Source: an uncultured Actinomycetes bacterium (lineage in GTDB: Bacteria; Actinomycetota; Thermoleophilia; RBG-16-64-13). Taken from it: 64,000 bases of DNA. Of the stretch, positions 1 through 9,061 are shown one piece after another. The stretch covers positions 960,001-1,024,000 of the forward strand of contig CAWJDT010000001.1 of assembly GCA_963841735.1 (NCBI GenBank). Direction: 5' to 3'. The position numbers and the translations under genes are program-made. Numbering within the stretch: the stretch's first letter is position 1; each line of letters opens with the position of its first letter. Under the pieces are notes generated by a model. It made no database searches and was not told where the DNA came from. It saw nothing but the letters and a program-made list of their open reading frames with translations.

Positions 1-964
1 CGGCCACGCCCACTCTGTCGGGCAGGTGATGGACGGTGACCTTCGCGTCGTCGAGAGCGTAGGTGATTCCAGAGATTATTGCCTGTTCCATACCTTCTTC
101 TTCCTGTCCGATCAGGGTACCGGGGGCATTGGTGAAGCTAGAGCGCACCCACAGAGGGACATTGAAGCGGCGGGCCACTTCAATGCTGCGCAGCATCATC
201 ACTTTGGCGCCTCCCGCGGTCAGCTCCAGCATCTCGTCGTTGGAGATGAAGTCCAGCTTGCGGGCCTCGGGAACGATGCGAGGGTCGGTAGTGTAGATGC
301 CGTCCACATCGGTGAAGATGACACAGGCCTCGGCGCCAAGGGCCGCCGCCAGAGCGACGGCGCTGGTGTCGGAGCCGCCTCGGCCGAGCGTGGTGACGTC
401 CTGCTCGGTGGAGACTCCCTGAAAGCCGGCCACCAGCACGATCTTGTCCTCGTCGAGGGCTTGACGGATGCGGTGCGGCCGGATATCGAGGATCTTGGCC
501 TTGGTGTGGACGTTGTCGGTGACGATGCCGGCCTGCGACCCGGTGAGGGAGATGGCGTTGTAGCCCAGCTCGTGGATGGCCATGGCGAGGAGGGCGGCCG
601 AGATGCGCTCGCCCGTGGAGAGGAGCATGTCCATCTCTCGGGCGGGCGGGTTGTCTGTGATCTCCCTGGCGAGCTCTATTAGTTCGTCGGTAGTGTCGCC
701 GCGGGCGGAGACGACGGCCACCACTGGATGCCCGTCTTTGCGGGCCTCGACGATGCGGCTGGCCACCCGTTTGATGCAGGTGGCGTCTGCCACCGAGCTA
801 CCCCCGAATTTCATCACTATGATGTTCGTTCGCTCGGACTTCGTTTCAGGTCCGCCGATAACGACGTACTGCGAGCCTAGGGCGTCTTCCGGCGCACTTG
901 CCTGGCCGCTCTGGGGATGATCTTCGTCCGCCACCTGGATCAGCGCTCCACTTTGGTAGGTCAT
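1..964 (-). CDS. lysC: Aspartate kinase (runs off the window edge; absent from the ORF track)
   Basis: Manual minus-strand translation gives IIVMKFGGSSVADATCIKRVASRIVEARKDGHPVVAVVSARGDTTDELIELAREITDNPPAREMDMLLSTGERIS, followed by VAGFQG..TLGRGGSDTSAVA..CVIFTDVDGIYTTDPR. The frame is open up to an ATG at 964; the true start is uncertain. Confidence 0.95.
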   Translation of the reverse strand, partial: MTYQSGALIQVADEDHPQSGQASAPEDALGSQYVVIGGPETKSERTNIIVMKFGGSSVADATCIKRVASRIVEARKDGHPVVAVVSARGDTTDELIELAREITDNPPAREMDMLLSTGERISAALLAMAIHELGYNAISLTGSQAGIVTDNVHTKAKILDIRPHRIRQALDEDKIVLVAGFQGVSTEQDVTTLGRGGSDTSAVALAAALGAEACVIFTDVDGIYTTDPRIVPEARKLDFISNDEMLELTAGGAKVMMLRSIEVARRFNVPLWVRSSFTNAPGTLIGQEEEGMEQAIISGITYALDDAKVTVHHLPDRVGVA

Positions 965-1041
965 ACGGGCCGAAGAATTCTAGCTGATTTCCGCGAGCCT
1001 AACACGGTCTCGGCGGTTGATCCGACATGCCGAACCGCGCC

Positions 1042-1647
1042 TCAGAGATCTCGCCGTCCGGTGAGGGCTCGGCCCAGGGTGACCTCGTCTGCGTATTCCA
1101 GGTCTCCGCCCATGGGGAGTCCGGCGGCCGGCCGGGTGATCCGCAGCGTCCCGGCTGAGGTGAGCCCCCTCAGCTCCTCGGCGATGTAGAGAGCCGTGGC
1201 TTCTCCGGCCATGTTCGGGTTGGTGGCGACGATGACCTCGCGCACCTCACCCGTGCGCACCCGCTCGAAGAGCTCGGCAAGGTGGAGCTTCTTGGGGCCG
1301 ATGCCGTCAAGGGGGGACAGGGCGCCACCCAAGACGTGATAGAGGCCCCGGTACTCGTGGGTCCTCTCGACGCTCACGATGTCGTTCGGCTCCTCCACCA
1401 CACAGATCGCGGTGAGGTCGCGCCCCCCGTCCAAACAGATATCGCAGAGCTCTTGCTCGGTGAGGTTGAAGCACGTGGCACAGAAGTGCACCGACTCCTT
1501 GACGTCGATGAGGGCCTGAGCCAAGGGCAGCGCTTCCTGCGGAGTTAGCTTGAGCAGGTGGAACGTCAAGCGCTGAGCGGTCTTGGGCCCTATGCCCGGT
1601 AGCTTGCCCAGCTCGTCGATGAGCTTCTGGACCGTCGGGCTGAACAC
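1042..1647 (-). CDS. recR: Recombination mediator RecR
   Basis: LPGIGPKTAQRL HhH motif, C4 zinc finger (CATC..CDIC), Toprim VVE and YHVLGG, GGDLEYADEVTL; follows ybaB. Confidence 0.98.
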   Translation of the reverse strand: MFSPTVQKLIDELGKLPGIGPKTAQRLTFHLLKLTPQEALPLAQALIDVKESVHFCATCFNLTEQELCDICLDGGRDLTAICVVEEPNDIVSVERTHEYRGLYHVLGGALSPLDGIGPKKLHLAELFERVRTGEVREVIVATNPNMAGEATALYIAEELRGLTSAGTLRITRPAAGLPMGGDLEYADEVTLGRALTGRRDL

Positions 1648-1702
1648 GCGCGTACTACCGGGTCGGCTTTGAGAACCGAGCGACGGAGGGGGTCGTCACC
1701 GG

Positions 1703-2026
1703 CTAGAAGGGCAGGCCGGGGATGTTGAGGCCCGAGGTCACTCCGCCCATGCGTTTGTTGGCCAATTCTTGAGCCGAACGCAGAGCTTCGTTCGCCGCGG
1801 CAAGAATCAGGTCTTCGAGCATCTCCACGTCGTTCGGGTCGATGGCTTCGGGGTCGATCTTGATGCTCTTGAGTTCTACCGCTCCCGTGACCTGGACGGT
1901 GACCATTCCGCCGCCCGCCGAAGCTTCGACGATCTCGTTGGCGAGATCGTCCTGCACCTTGGCCATGTCGGCCTGCATCTTCTGGACCTGCTTCATCATC
2001 TTCTGATAATTGGCGTTGGGGTTCAC
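1703..2026 (-). CDS. ybaB: YbaB/EbfC nucleoid-associated protein
   Basis: MMKQVQKMQ..SAGGGMVTV..DVEMLEDLILAA; lies between dnaX and recR. Confidence 0.97.
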   Translation of the reverse strand: MNPNANYQKMMKQVQKMQADMAKVQDDLANEIVEASAGGGMVTVQVTGAVELKSIKIDPEAIDPNDVEMLEDLILAAANEALRSAQELANKRMGGVTSGLNIPGLPF

Positions 2027-2044
2027 CGGCTTCTCCTCAGTATC

Positions 2045-3808
2045 CTAGCGGGAAGGACCGTCGTCGATGACTTCGGCGTCGAACACTTGTTTCAGTGCCC
2101 TAATCAACTCGTCGTTGCTGAGGATTCTAGCATCTTGCCCCGTAGCCGCCGCCGTCGACTCCGACTCGGTCGCCAGTCTGGTGGTTATCCTCATATCTTT
2201 GCCGGTGACCTCTTGCAGCGCCTCGCGGATCACCTTGGGGTTATCCCCGTGAGTCACTTGATTCGCCTGAAAGCTGTATCCGGCTGGGAACTCGATTACC
2301 AACTCGTTACCGTTAAGGCTCTCGGGATGTCCCTCTGCCAGCACCGCTGCCAGACTGTTCTGACGCTTGCGCACGGCCTCTACGACCACGAGCCAAGCCC
2401 GGCGGAGATGGTCCAGGTCGGGCTTCACTTTCGCCGACGCCGGATCACGGGGCGACGTGCTCGTCATGGCGTCTGCGGTGTCGCTCGTGATACCGGCCTG
2501 TGAGGCGGTGTCGGTGCTTTCGGGAGCGCTCCGTGGCGTCGCCGCGGCTGGCGCAGGGTCCGGCGCAGGGGCAGTCACGGCAGATGTGGCAGGGGCCGCC
2601 GGGGCCGGCACGGGCGGACCACCAGCTTGAAAGCGCGCAGCCGGCTCGGCAGGAGCGACCGGAGTCTGCGGAGCCATCGCCGGCTCGAGCACCTGGGTGT
2701 CTCTCGTCGGCTGCGTGCGGGCAGCGGTTACCTTGATGAGCACCAGCTCCAGCTCCAACCTGGGGTCGGATCCCTGGCGGATGGCGCGGAGTGCTTCTCC
2801 CAGAAGGTCGATGAACACCACCAGGTGAGCGGCCGAGGACTTGGCGGCCTGGCTGCGCAGGCGGTCCAGCTGCTCCTCGGTGGCGGCGATGCTCGCGGGC
2901 GTGTCGGCGGCGTGCTTGGTGACGTACAGGTCGCGCAGGTGACCGAGCAGGTCTTTGATGAACTGGCTGTAGTCGGTGCCCCCCTGGCTCAGTCGGTCCA
3001 CGAAGAGAAGCGCACCCCTGGTGTCGCCCTCGCGTACCGAGTCGACTATCTCGAAGAGCAGGTCATGCTGGACGATGCCCAAGATGTCCAGGGTCACTTC
3101 AAGGGTGATCTTGCCTCCTGAGTAGGTGGCGAGCTGGTCCAGGATGCCCAGTGCGTCGCGAAAGCTCCCGCCTGCCGCCCGAGCGATGACCAGAAGCGAC
3201 ATCTCGGGCACCTCGATAGCCTCCTGGGCCGCGACTTTGGCCAGGACCTCCACTACTTCCATGATCGAGGGCCGTCGGAAGTCGAAGCGCTGGCAGCGCG
3301 AAAGGATGGTGGCGGGCACTTTGTGCGGCTCGGTGGTGGCCAGCACGAAGACGGCGTGCACCGGGGGCTCCTCTAGCGTCTTGAGCAGCGCGTTGAACGC
3401 CTCCGGGGTGAGCATATGGACCTCGTCTACGATGTAGACCTTCATACGCCCTTCAACCGGCGAGAAGTGCACCTTGTCGCGCAGGTCGCGGATGTCGTCG
3501 ATGCCCCTGTTGGAGGCGGCGTCCATCTCCACAACGTCCATGGCGCCGCCCCTGCGGATGGCCTCGCAGTGCGGGCAGGTGCCGTCGGGTGTGGGTGTTG
3601 CCTTGCCTTGGCCCGCGTCGCAGTTGAGGGCCATGGCCAGGATCTTGGCGGTGGACGTTTTGCCTGTGCCGCGCGGTCCCGTGAACAGATAGGCATGGCT
3701 GACGCGGTCTTGCTTGATGGCGTTCACCAGCGTGCGGGCTACGTGGTCCTGCCCGATGATGTCCTCGAAGCGTGCCGGCCGGTACTTGCGATAGAGAGAG
3801 ACTGCCAT
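2045..3808 (-). CDS. dnaX: DNA polymerase III subunit gamma/tau
   Basis: LYRKYRP, Walker A GPRGTGKT, EMDAASNRGIDDIR, DEVHML, SRCQRF; Pro/Ala linker. Confidence 0.98.
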   Translation of the reverse strand: MAVSLYRKYRPARFEDIIGQDHVARTLVNAIKQDRVSHAYLFTGPRGTGKTSTAKILAMALNCDAGQGKATPTPDGTCPHCEAIRRGGAMDVVEMDAASNRGIDDIRDLRDKVHFSPVEGRMKVYIVDEVHMLTPEAFNALLKTLEEPPVHAVFVLATTEPHKVPATILSRCQRFDFRRPSIMEVVEVLAKVAAQEAIEVPEMSLLVIARAAGGSFRDALGILDQLATYSGGKITLEVTLDILGIVQHDLLFEIVDSVREGDTRGALLFVDRLSQGGTDYSQFIKDLLGHLRDLYVTKHAADTPASIAATEEQLDRLRSQAAKSSAAHLVVFIDLLGEALRAIRQGSDPRLELELVLIKVTAARTQPTRDTQVLEPAMAPQTPVAPAEPAARFQAGGPPVPAPAAPATSAVTAPAPDPAPAAATPRSAPESTDTASQAGITSDTADAMTSTSPRDPASAKVKPDLDHLRRAWLVVVEAVRKRQNSLAAVLAEGHPESLNGNELVIEFPAGYSFQANQVTHGDNPKVIREALQEVTGKDMRITTRLATESESTAAATGQDARILSNDELIRALKQVFDAEVIDDGPSR

Positions 3809-3852
3809 GCGCCGGGGGGCTCCTTGATCCTAGCTGAAGGAGAAGTGGCGCG

Positions 3853-3858
3853 ATTATA
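3853..3858 (-). promoter_or_regulatory. Putative sigma-A -10 element for dnaX
   Basis: TATAAT on the minus strand 45 nt upstream of the dnaX ATG, adjacent to the kef stop codon. Confidence 0.5.
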
Positions 3859-5607
3859 TCAGTCGTCCCGGCGGGCTCCGCGGCTGCGGCCACCGGCCTC
3901 GTTCTCCTGATCCCTGCGGAGCAGTACGTAGTGGTCGTCGCGGATGGTGTCCTCGAGACGCTGCACCTCGTCCTCGGGGAGGTCGAAGTGGCGGGCGGTG
4001 CGGCGGAAGATCTCGATGGACGTCTCGAATTCCTCGGGCACCACGTCGCTGGCTCCAAGATCGTAGAGGGGCTGCACTTCGGAGAGGAAACGGGTGCGGG
4101 CGATGATGTGAAGCGTAGGATTCAAGAGCCGCAGTTGCGTCACGATGCCGCGGGTCGCCACCGGATCGCCGATGACGACGGCCGCTGCCCTGGCTCGCTC
4201 GGCCCCGGCCTGGGTAAGCACGGCCTGGTTGGCGGCGTCGCCAAAGTGCATCGGCTCGTTTCGGGCGACCTCTTCTCGCACGGTCTGAGGATTCATCTCC
4301 ACTATGGCGTAGGGAAAGCCGAACTCGCGAGCCACCCGGGCGAGGTTCTTGCCGTTGATGCCGTAGCCGATGATGAGCAGGTGATCGGAGTGAGCACGTT
4401 TCTCGGTCACGTGGATGCGGCGCTCGGCAGTGATCCACCGCGGCAAGTGCGCTCTCGCCACCAGGCGATAGGCCCGTTCGGACTGTTTCATCACGATGGG
4501 AGTCACCGCCATGGTGAGGACCGCCACCGTCAGGACGCCTTGCCGCAGGTGTTCGGGGAGGAGCGAGTTGCTGGTGGCCACCGCCGCGAGCACGAAGGAG
4601 AACTCTCCCACCTGGCTCAGGGCTAGACCAGTCGCGAGTGATACCCGCAGGGGGTAGCGCAGTGACTGGACGGCGATCGTGCCGGTGATTGTTTTGACCA
4701 ACATCAGCCCGATAGCCCCCAGGAGCACCATCCACCAGTGGTCGGCAAGGAAGCCCGGGTTGAGGAGCATCCCTATCGAGATGAAGAAGAAGCTCACCAG
4801 AAGATTCCGGAACGGCATGACGAGACCGAGGGAGTGGTGCCCGTACTCAGATCCAGAGATTATGAGCCCTGCCAGAAACGCACCCAAGGCAAGCGACAGG
4901 CCCAGTTTGGCGGAAAGGGCGGCTACGGCGAAACAGATGGTTACCACGACCATTAGGAAGACGTCGGCGTTACGGCTCCGGGCCGCCTCGTAAAGAATCC
5001 GGGGTACCACCCATTTGGTCAATACGACAACCAGCACGACCATGCCTGCCGCGACGGCTGCGAGGAACGGTGCGCTCATCGAGATCTCGCGCTCTCCACC
5101 CCCGAGCAAGGGGAGAACCAGCATCATAGGCACGACTAGGATGTCCTGGAAAATGAGGATGCCCAGCACGTTCCTGCCCAACGGTGTGTCGATCTCGGCC
5201 CGCTCGGTCATGGTCTTGAGCACGACCGCGGTGCTGGAGAGAGCCACCAGCATTCCCAGGACCACAGCCTGAGAAGCGGGGAGGCCGAAGGCAAAGCCCA
5301 CTCCGGTCCCAGCGGCCCCAGTAAGCACCACCTGCAAAGGTCCGGCGATAAAGAGTACTCGGGCGAGACGCGCCATCCGCTTGAACGACAGCTCAAGTCC
5401 AAGCGTGAAGAGAAGGAATATCACGCCGACGTCGGCCAGCTGCTCCACGCTCTTGGGGCTATTGACCAAGCCTAGGGCGTTGGGACCGATAAGGACTCCC
5501 GCCACGAACAGCCCCACTAGGGCGGGAAAACGCAACCGGCCAAAGACGAGGGTGACCACGGCGGCCACAGCCATCACGATGATGATGTCGGTCAGCGTGC
5601 CGGTCAT
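3859..5607 (-). CDS. CPA2/Kef-type monovalent cation:proton antiporter with TrkA-N (RCK) domain
   Basis: About 13 TM segments, GVIFLLFTLGLE, ALSSTAVV, ILIFQD, LSQVGEFSFVL, GYGINGKNL and GDA RCK motifs. The ORF-track extension to 5715 overlaps the SRP RNA, so the start is placed at ATG 5607. Confidence 0.93.
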   Translation of the reverse strand: MTGTLTDIIIVMAVAAVVTLVFGRLRFPALVGLFVAGVLIGPNALGLVNSPKSVEQLADVGVIFLLFTLGLELSFKRMARLARVLFIAGPLQVVLTGAAGTGVGFAFGLPASQAVVLGMLVALSSTAVVLKTMTERAEIDTPLGRNVLGILIFQDILVVPMMLVLPLLGGGEREISMSAPFLAAVAAGMVVLVVVLTKWVVPRILYEAARSRNADVFLMVVVTICFAVAALSAKLGLSLALGAFLAGLIISGSEYGHHSLGLVMPFRNLLVSFFFISIGMLLNPGFLADHWWMVLLGAIGLMLVKTITGTIAVQSLRYPLRVSLATGLALSQVGEFSFVLAAVATSNSLLPEHLRQGVLTVAVLTMAVTPIVMKQSERAYRLVARAHLPRWITAERRIHVTEKRAHSDHLLIIGYGINGKNLARVAREFGFPYAIVEMNPQTVREEVARNEPMHFGDAANQAVLTQAGAERARAAAVVIGDPVATRGIVTQLRLLNPTLHIIARTRFLSEVQPLYDLGASDVVPEEFETSIEIFRRTARHFDLPEDEVQRLEDTIRDDHYVLLRRDQENEAGGRSRGARRDD

Positions 5608-5635
5608 CACCCAACCATCTGTTTGAAAGTGAAAA

Positions 5636-5905
5636 CGACCGTGCACCCACCTCCGAAGACAGGCCTCCGGGCGCCCGCCGGCAGCCAGCTCAAGCCAAGC
5701 GACCCCGCGGCACATGAAAGAGTCCGCTTAGGGCTGCTACCTTCCGGTCCTGACCCGGTTCACGGAGTTCCATTGCGCGGGACCTGGCCGTCAACACCAC
5801 ACACCAGCGTCAGACCCCACAGACTCGCTCCTCGGGTGGGAATTCAGCCCCGCTAAAGCGGATTGCGGGAACAGGGCACCGCTGGCTCCCCACCTAGCAC
5901 GGTCG
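5636..5905 (-). ncRNA. ffs: Signal recognition particle RNA, large (Alu-domain, ~270 nt) type
   Basis: Minus strand contains CCGTGAACCGGGTCAGGACCGGAAGGTAGCAGCCC (helix 8). The 5' end CGACCGTGCTAGGTGGGGAG pairs with the 3' end GTGCACGGTCG. Located upstream of dnaX. Confidence 0.95.
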
Positions 5906-5911
5906 CCCGGG

Positions 5912-5917
5912 AGTATA
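5912..5917 (-). promoter_or_regulatory. -10 element of the ffs promoter
   Basis: TATACT 6 nt upstream of the SRP RNA 5' end. Confidence 0.65.
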
Positions 5918-5932
5918 CAGCAGGCAGCAAGA

Positions 5933-6314
5933 TGGCGGAGTGGGAGGGATTCGTCGCGCTTGCTTCGCAATCGCTGTCCTCGCCTCGCCTCCGGCTCGGC
6001 TCAGACCGCTCGCTACTCGACAGTCCACCGGACTGTCTCGTTGACGCTCGCGCCCTCGCGGGTTCGGAATCCAGGCCTGGTGAGAGGTACTTCCTACCCT
6101 GTCTGAGGGTCTAAGGCGGAGTGGGAGGGATTCGCCGCGCTTGCTTCGCAATCGCCGTCCTCGCCTCGCCTCTGGCTCGGCTCAGACCGCTCGCTACTCG
6201 ACAGTCCAGCGGACTGTCTCGTTGACGCTCGCGCCCTCGCGGGTTCGGAATCCAGGCCTGGTGAGAGGTACTTGCTACCCTACTTGAGAATCAAGGCGGA
6301 GTGGGAGGGATTCG
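5933..6314 (-). repeat. tRNA-linked tandem repeat: two ~180-bp units, each ending in the tRNA-Ser 3' 20-mer
   Basis: GGCGGAGTGGGAGGGATTCG at 5934, 6115 and 6295 (periods 181 and 180). The units are near-identical apart from a short variable segment, and each has an internal hairpin GACAGTCC-nnn-GGACTGTC. Confidence 0.95.
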
Positions 6315-6387
6315 AACCCTCGAGACGAGTTGACCCCGCCTACACGATTTCCAGTCGTGCTCCTTCAGCCAGCTCGGACACCACTCC
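6297..6387 (-). tRNA. tRNA-Ser (anticodon GGA)
   Basis: GGAGTGGTGTCCGAGCTGGCTGAAGGAGCACGACTGGAAATCGTGTAGGCGGGGTCAACTCGTCTCGAGGGTTCGAATCCCTCCCACTCCG; long variable arm; TATAAT at 6418-6423. Confidence 0.97.
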
Positions 6388-6466
6388 GCGCAGCGCATTG
6401 GCCCAAAGCAGGGCGCGATTATAGCCTAAGCGGGCCGGTGATGGCCCTACGGCTCCGAGTCTGGCG

Positions 6467-7228
6467 CTAGGGCCAGGTGGGCTGTCCCCCGACCACCAGG
6501 GCCCAGGCGATCAGGGCGACCCCGGCCAGGAAGGTGCCCGGCACTACGAAGGCTCCGATGGGATCGCGCGTTACCTCAGAAGGGGGCAACGACCAGAGAC
6601 CGACCGCGCTCAGGATGACGCTCGCGACGATGGCCACGATGATCTGTTGCGCTCCCACTCCCAGGTAGACGATGACAAAGCCATACGTTGCCAGGGAGCC
6701 AATGATGAACAGTCCCCGCTGGATGCCGGCGATGCGCTGGCCCGCCCCTTGCCCGACGATGATCAGGGCTGTGGTGGCCAGGAAGAAGCCCAGGGCCAGC
6801 AGCATATAGCCCACCCGGGTGTCCAGGAAGGCGATCTTGGTGGCGAACTCCCCCCGCAAGAAGGTCTCAGGGAGCGACTGTCTGATGGCGTGAGCGGCCA
6901 CGTGCATGCCGTGTCCTATAAGGCCGATGCCCAAGCCGATCCAGAATATCCAGGCGAAAGGACTGGATAGAGCCGAGTAGACGTTCAGAGTGCCCCGGGC
7001 AGACTGGGTCAACATGAGGAACAGTCTGGCGAAGGCCAAGGAGCTCAAGGCAGGCAACAGCACCAAGAAGATCAGGTCGACGGGCCCGATGGGCCATGAT
7101 CCCTTCGGGGCCACATTCCCAGAGGTCAACCCTTGGAAGAGTATCCAGGCGACAACAGAAAGCATCAGCCAGAAAACGTTTCGGGCAACGGGGGCCGTCG
7201 TTCTCGACTGGGTCATGCCTGCTCTCAC
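6467..7228 (-). CDS. Multi-pass membrane protein (possible CLN6-like)
   Basis: About 7-8 hydrophobic segments and a GHGMHVAAH motif; co-oriented downstream of the 5-alpha-reductase gene. Confidence 0.7.
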   Translation of the reverse strand: MRAGMTQSRTTAPVARNVFWLMLSVVAWILFQGLTSGNVAPKGSWPIGPVDLIFLVLLPALSSLAFARLFLMLTQSARGTLNVYSALSSPFAWIFWIGLGIGLIGHGMHVAAHAIRQSLPETFLRGEFATKIAFLDTRVGYMLLALGFFLATTALIIVGQGAGQRIAGIQRGLFIIGSLATYGFVIVYLGVGAQQIIVAIVASVILSAVGLWSLPPSEVTRDPIGAFVVPGTFLAGVALIAWALVVGGQPTWP

Positions 7229-7322
7229 TCGGTGGGCTCCTCGTGGTAGGTATCGGTATGCTGGGTCGCCGCGGCAATTCTAGCGCGCCCTGGAGCCTGG
7301 AGCCATCGGCGCTCCGGGTGGC

Positions 7323-8084
7323 TTACAGGATGAAGGGGAGGATGGCCTTGCGTTCGGGGGGATAGGCGGGGAATTTCTCTCGGTACCAGCGATGGGTTTT
7401 GATGGCGCGCGGAGCCAGATTGGCGACCGTCCAGACCAAGAAGGCGAGAGCTCCAAGGTTCCAGCACGCGAGCGCCCAGCCTGCCCACTCCAGCATCTCG
7501 CCCAGATAGTTGGGACAGCTCACATACCTGTACGCACCTCCGTAGGGGATCTTGTAGCCGGACTCGCCTCCAGTACGCAGTCCGATGAGCACCTTGTCGG
7601 AGTGTTGGTTTAGGGCATACCCGGTCCAGAAGAGGAGCGCCCCGATCACGAAGCGAGGGTCCCACAGCCAGGACACTCCCAATTCTGGCCCCAAGGTGAA
7701 GAGATAACGCCCGTTCAGGTAGCCGTTGCCCACGTTGAAGATCGCTCCCATCAGGATGACCGAGACGGTGATGCTGGGCCGGCTGCTGTGCACGCGGAAG
7801 GGGTAGATGAGAGAGCGGTGCACGTAGTGAGCTATGAAGAACATGAGCAGCACTACGCTCACGGGGTTGGACTTGCGCTCGCTGAGTCCGTAGAGGACCA
7901 GAAAGGTGATGAGGACGGGAGTCTCCATGAGTATCCAACCCCGGCGCGCGCTGATCTTCGGCCCCCATCCACTACGGGTGAAGCGGCCATAGGGCGCGTT
8001 GACGAAGAATAGGGCGACGAAGGTGACCACGGCAAGCGCCATCCAGGCTATGACTAACCAGTGGCAGAAAGTTATCTCACTCAT
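7323..8084 (-). CDS. Steroid 5-alpha-reductase family (3-oxo-5-alpha-steroid 4-dehydrogenase-like) protein
   Basis: APYGRF, GWILMETP, HYVHRSLIYP, NQHSD..L..LR, YKIPYGG.YRYVSCPNYLGE, NLAPRA..THRWY, RKAILPFI. Confidence 0.93.
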   Translation of the reverse strand: MSEITFCHWLVIAWMALAVVTFVALFFVNAPYGRFTRSGWGPKISARRGWILMETPVLITFLVLYGLSERKSNPVSVVLLMFFIAHYVHRSLIYPFRVHSSRPSITVSVILMGAIFNVGNGYLNGRYLFTLGPELGVSWLWDPRFVIGALLFWTGYALNQHSDKVLIGLRTGGESGYKIPYGGAYRYVSCPNYLGEMLEWAGWALACWNLGALAFLVWTVANLAPRAIKTHRWYREKFPAYPPERKAILPFIL

Positions 8085-8149
8085 AGCCCGCACTTATACC
8101 ACTTGGCACGTTCTGGCGCGCGACCGTGTGCGCATGTAACCTGACAGGG

Positions 8150-9041
8150 GTGCAGCAGATCATCAACATCATCGGCCCCACGTTCTTCGCTATCGCGCTG
8201 GGCTATCTGCTCAGAAGAGTAACGCAATGCCCGGCCCGGAATGCTCATCGATGTGGCCATGTACGTCGCCACGCCTTGCCTGGTCTTCGTCTCCATGTAC
8301 TCCACCGTGGTCGTTATGGGTGAGGCCGCGCGTCTCTGGGCGGCTTACCTGATTATCGGGGCAGGGACTTTCGTCATCGGTTGGCTGGCGTTCGGTCTTT
8401 TCGGCAAGCGCCGCTCTTGGCGCTCGGGCATCTATTTGCCGATCGTTTTCGCGAACTCCATCAACATCCCCCTGCCCATCATCTACCTGGCCTTCGGGGA
8501 TGAGGGGGTGGCCAAGGCCGTGCTCATGTACATCCCGAATGCGCTCATCATCTACTCGCTCGGCATCTACATGGCGTCCGGTCACGCCGGGTTCAGGCAA
8601 GGTCTGGTTACCGTGCTCCGCACCCCCCTGATCTACGCTGCCATCCTGGGCTTGGTACTCAACGTCACCGGCGCGGCAATGCCGGAAGTGGTGACCACCG
8701 CCTTCAAGTTCGTGGGCCAGTCCGCGGTGCCCCTGATGTTGCTGGTGTTGGGGATGACTATCGGTGACGTCCGCTTCAAGCAGATGCCTTTGACTCTCGG
8801 CGCGAGTGTGGTCCGCATGGGTGGGGGTTTTGTCATGGGGTTGTTGGCGGTGTGGCTACTGGGTCTCAGCGGTCTTCCCCGGGCCGTCGTGCTCTTCGAG
8901 GCGGCCATGCCCAGCGCGGTCCTCGTCTCGCTACTGGCCACCAAGTACAAGAATGAAGCCGAACTGGTTTCCTCAGTGGTGTTGACCAGCACTCTGATGA
9001 GCATCGCCGTCATCCCCGCCTTGCTCTACTATCTGACTTAA
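8150..9041 (+). CDS. AEC family (auxin efflux/malate permease-like) transporter, frameshift near 8230
   Basis: N-terminus MQQIINIIGPTFFAIALGYLL in one frame continues as LIDVAMYVATPCLVF..N.INIPLPI..PLMLLVLG..EAAMPSAV in another. Confidence 0.85.
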
Positions 9042-9061
9042 GCGTAGTCCGGCCGAAGGCC

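Noticed and set aside
26-682. 218-aa plus-strand ORF and many similar long shadow ORFs (e.g. 32699-34132, 11146-12237, 39956-40951)
   Set aside because: These are antisense shadows of recognisable genes, common in high-GC DNA.
2045-3808. dnaX programmed -1 frameshift (gamma/tau)
   Set aside because: No A AAA AAG or poly-A slippery site was seen in the linker region.
5933-6314. CRISPR array or integrative-element att sites
   Set aside because: The sequences between the 20-bp repeats are near-identical rather than unique spacers, and the window has no cas or integrase gene.
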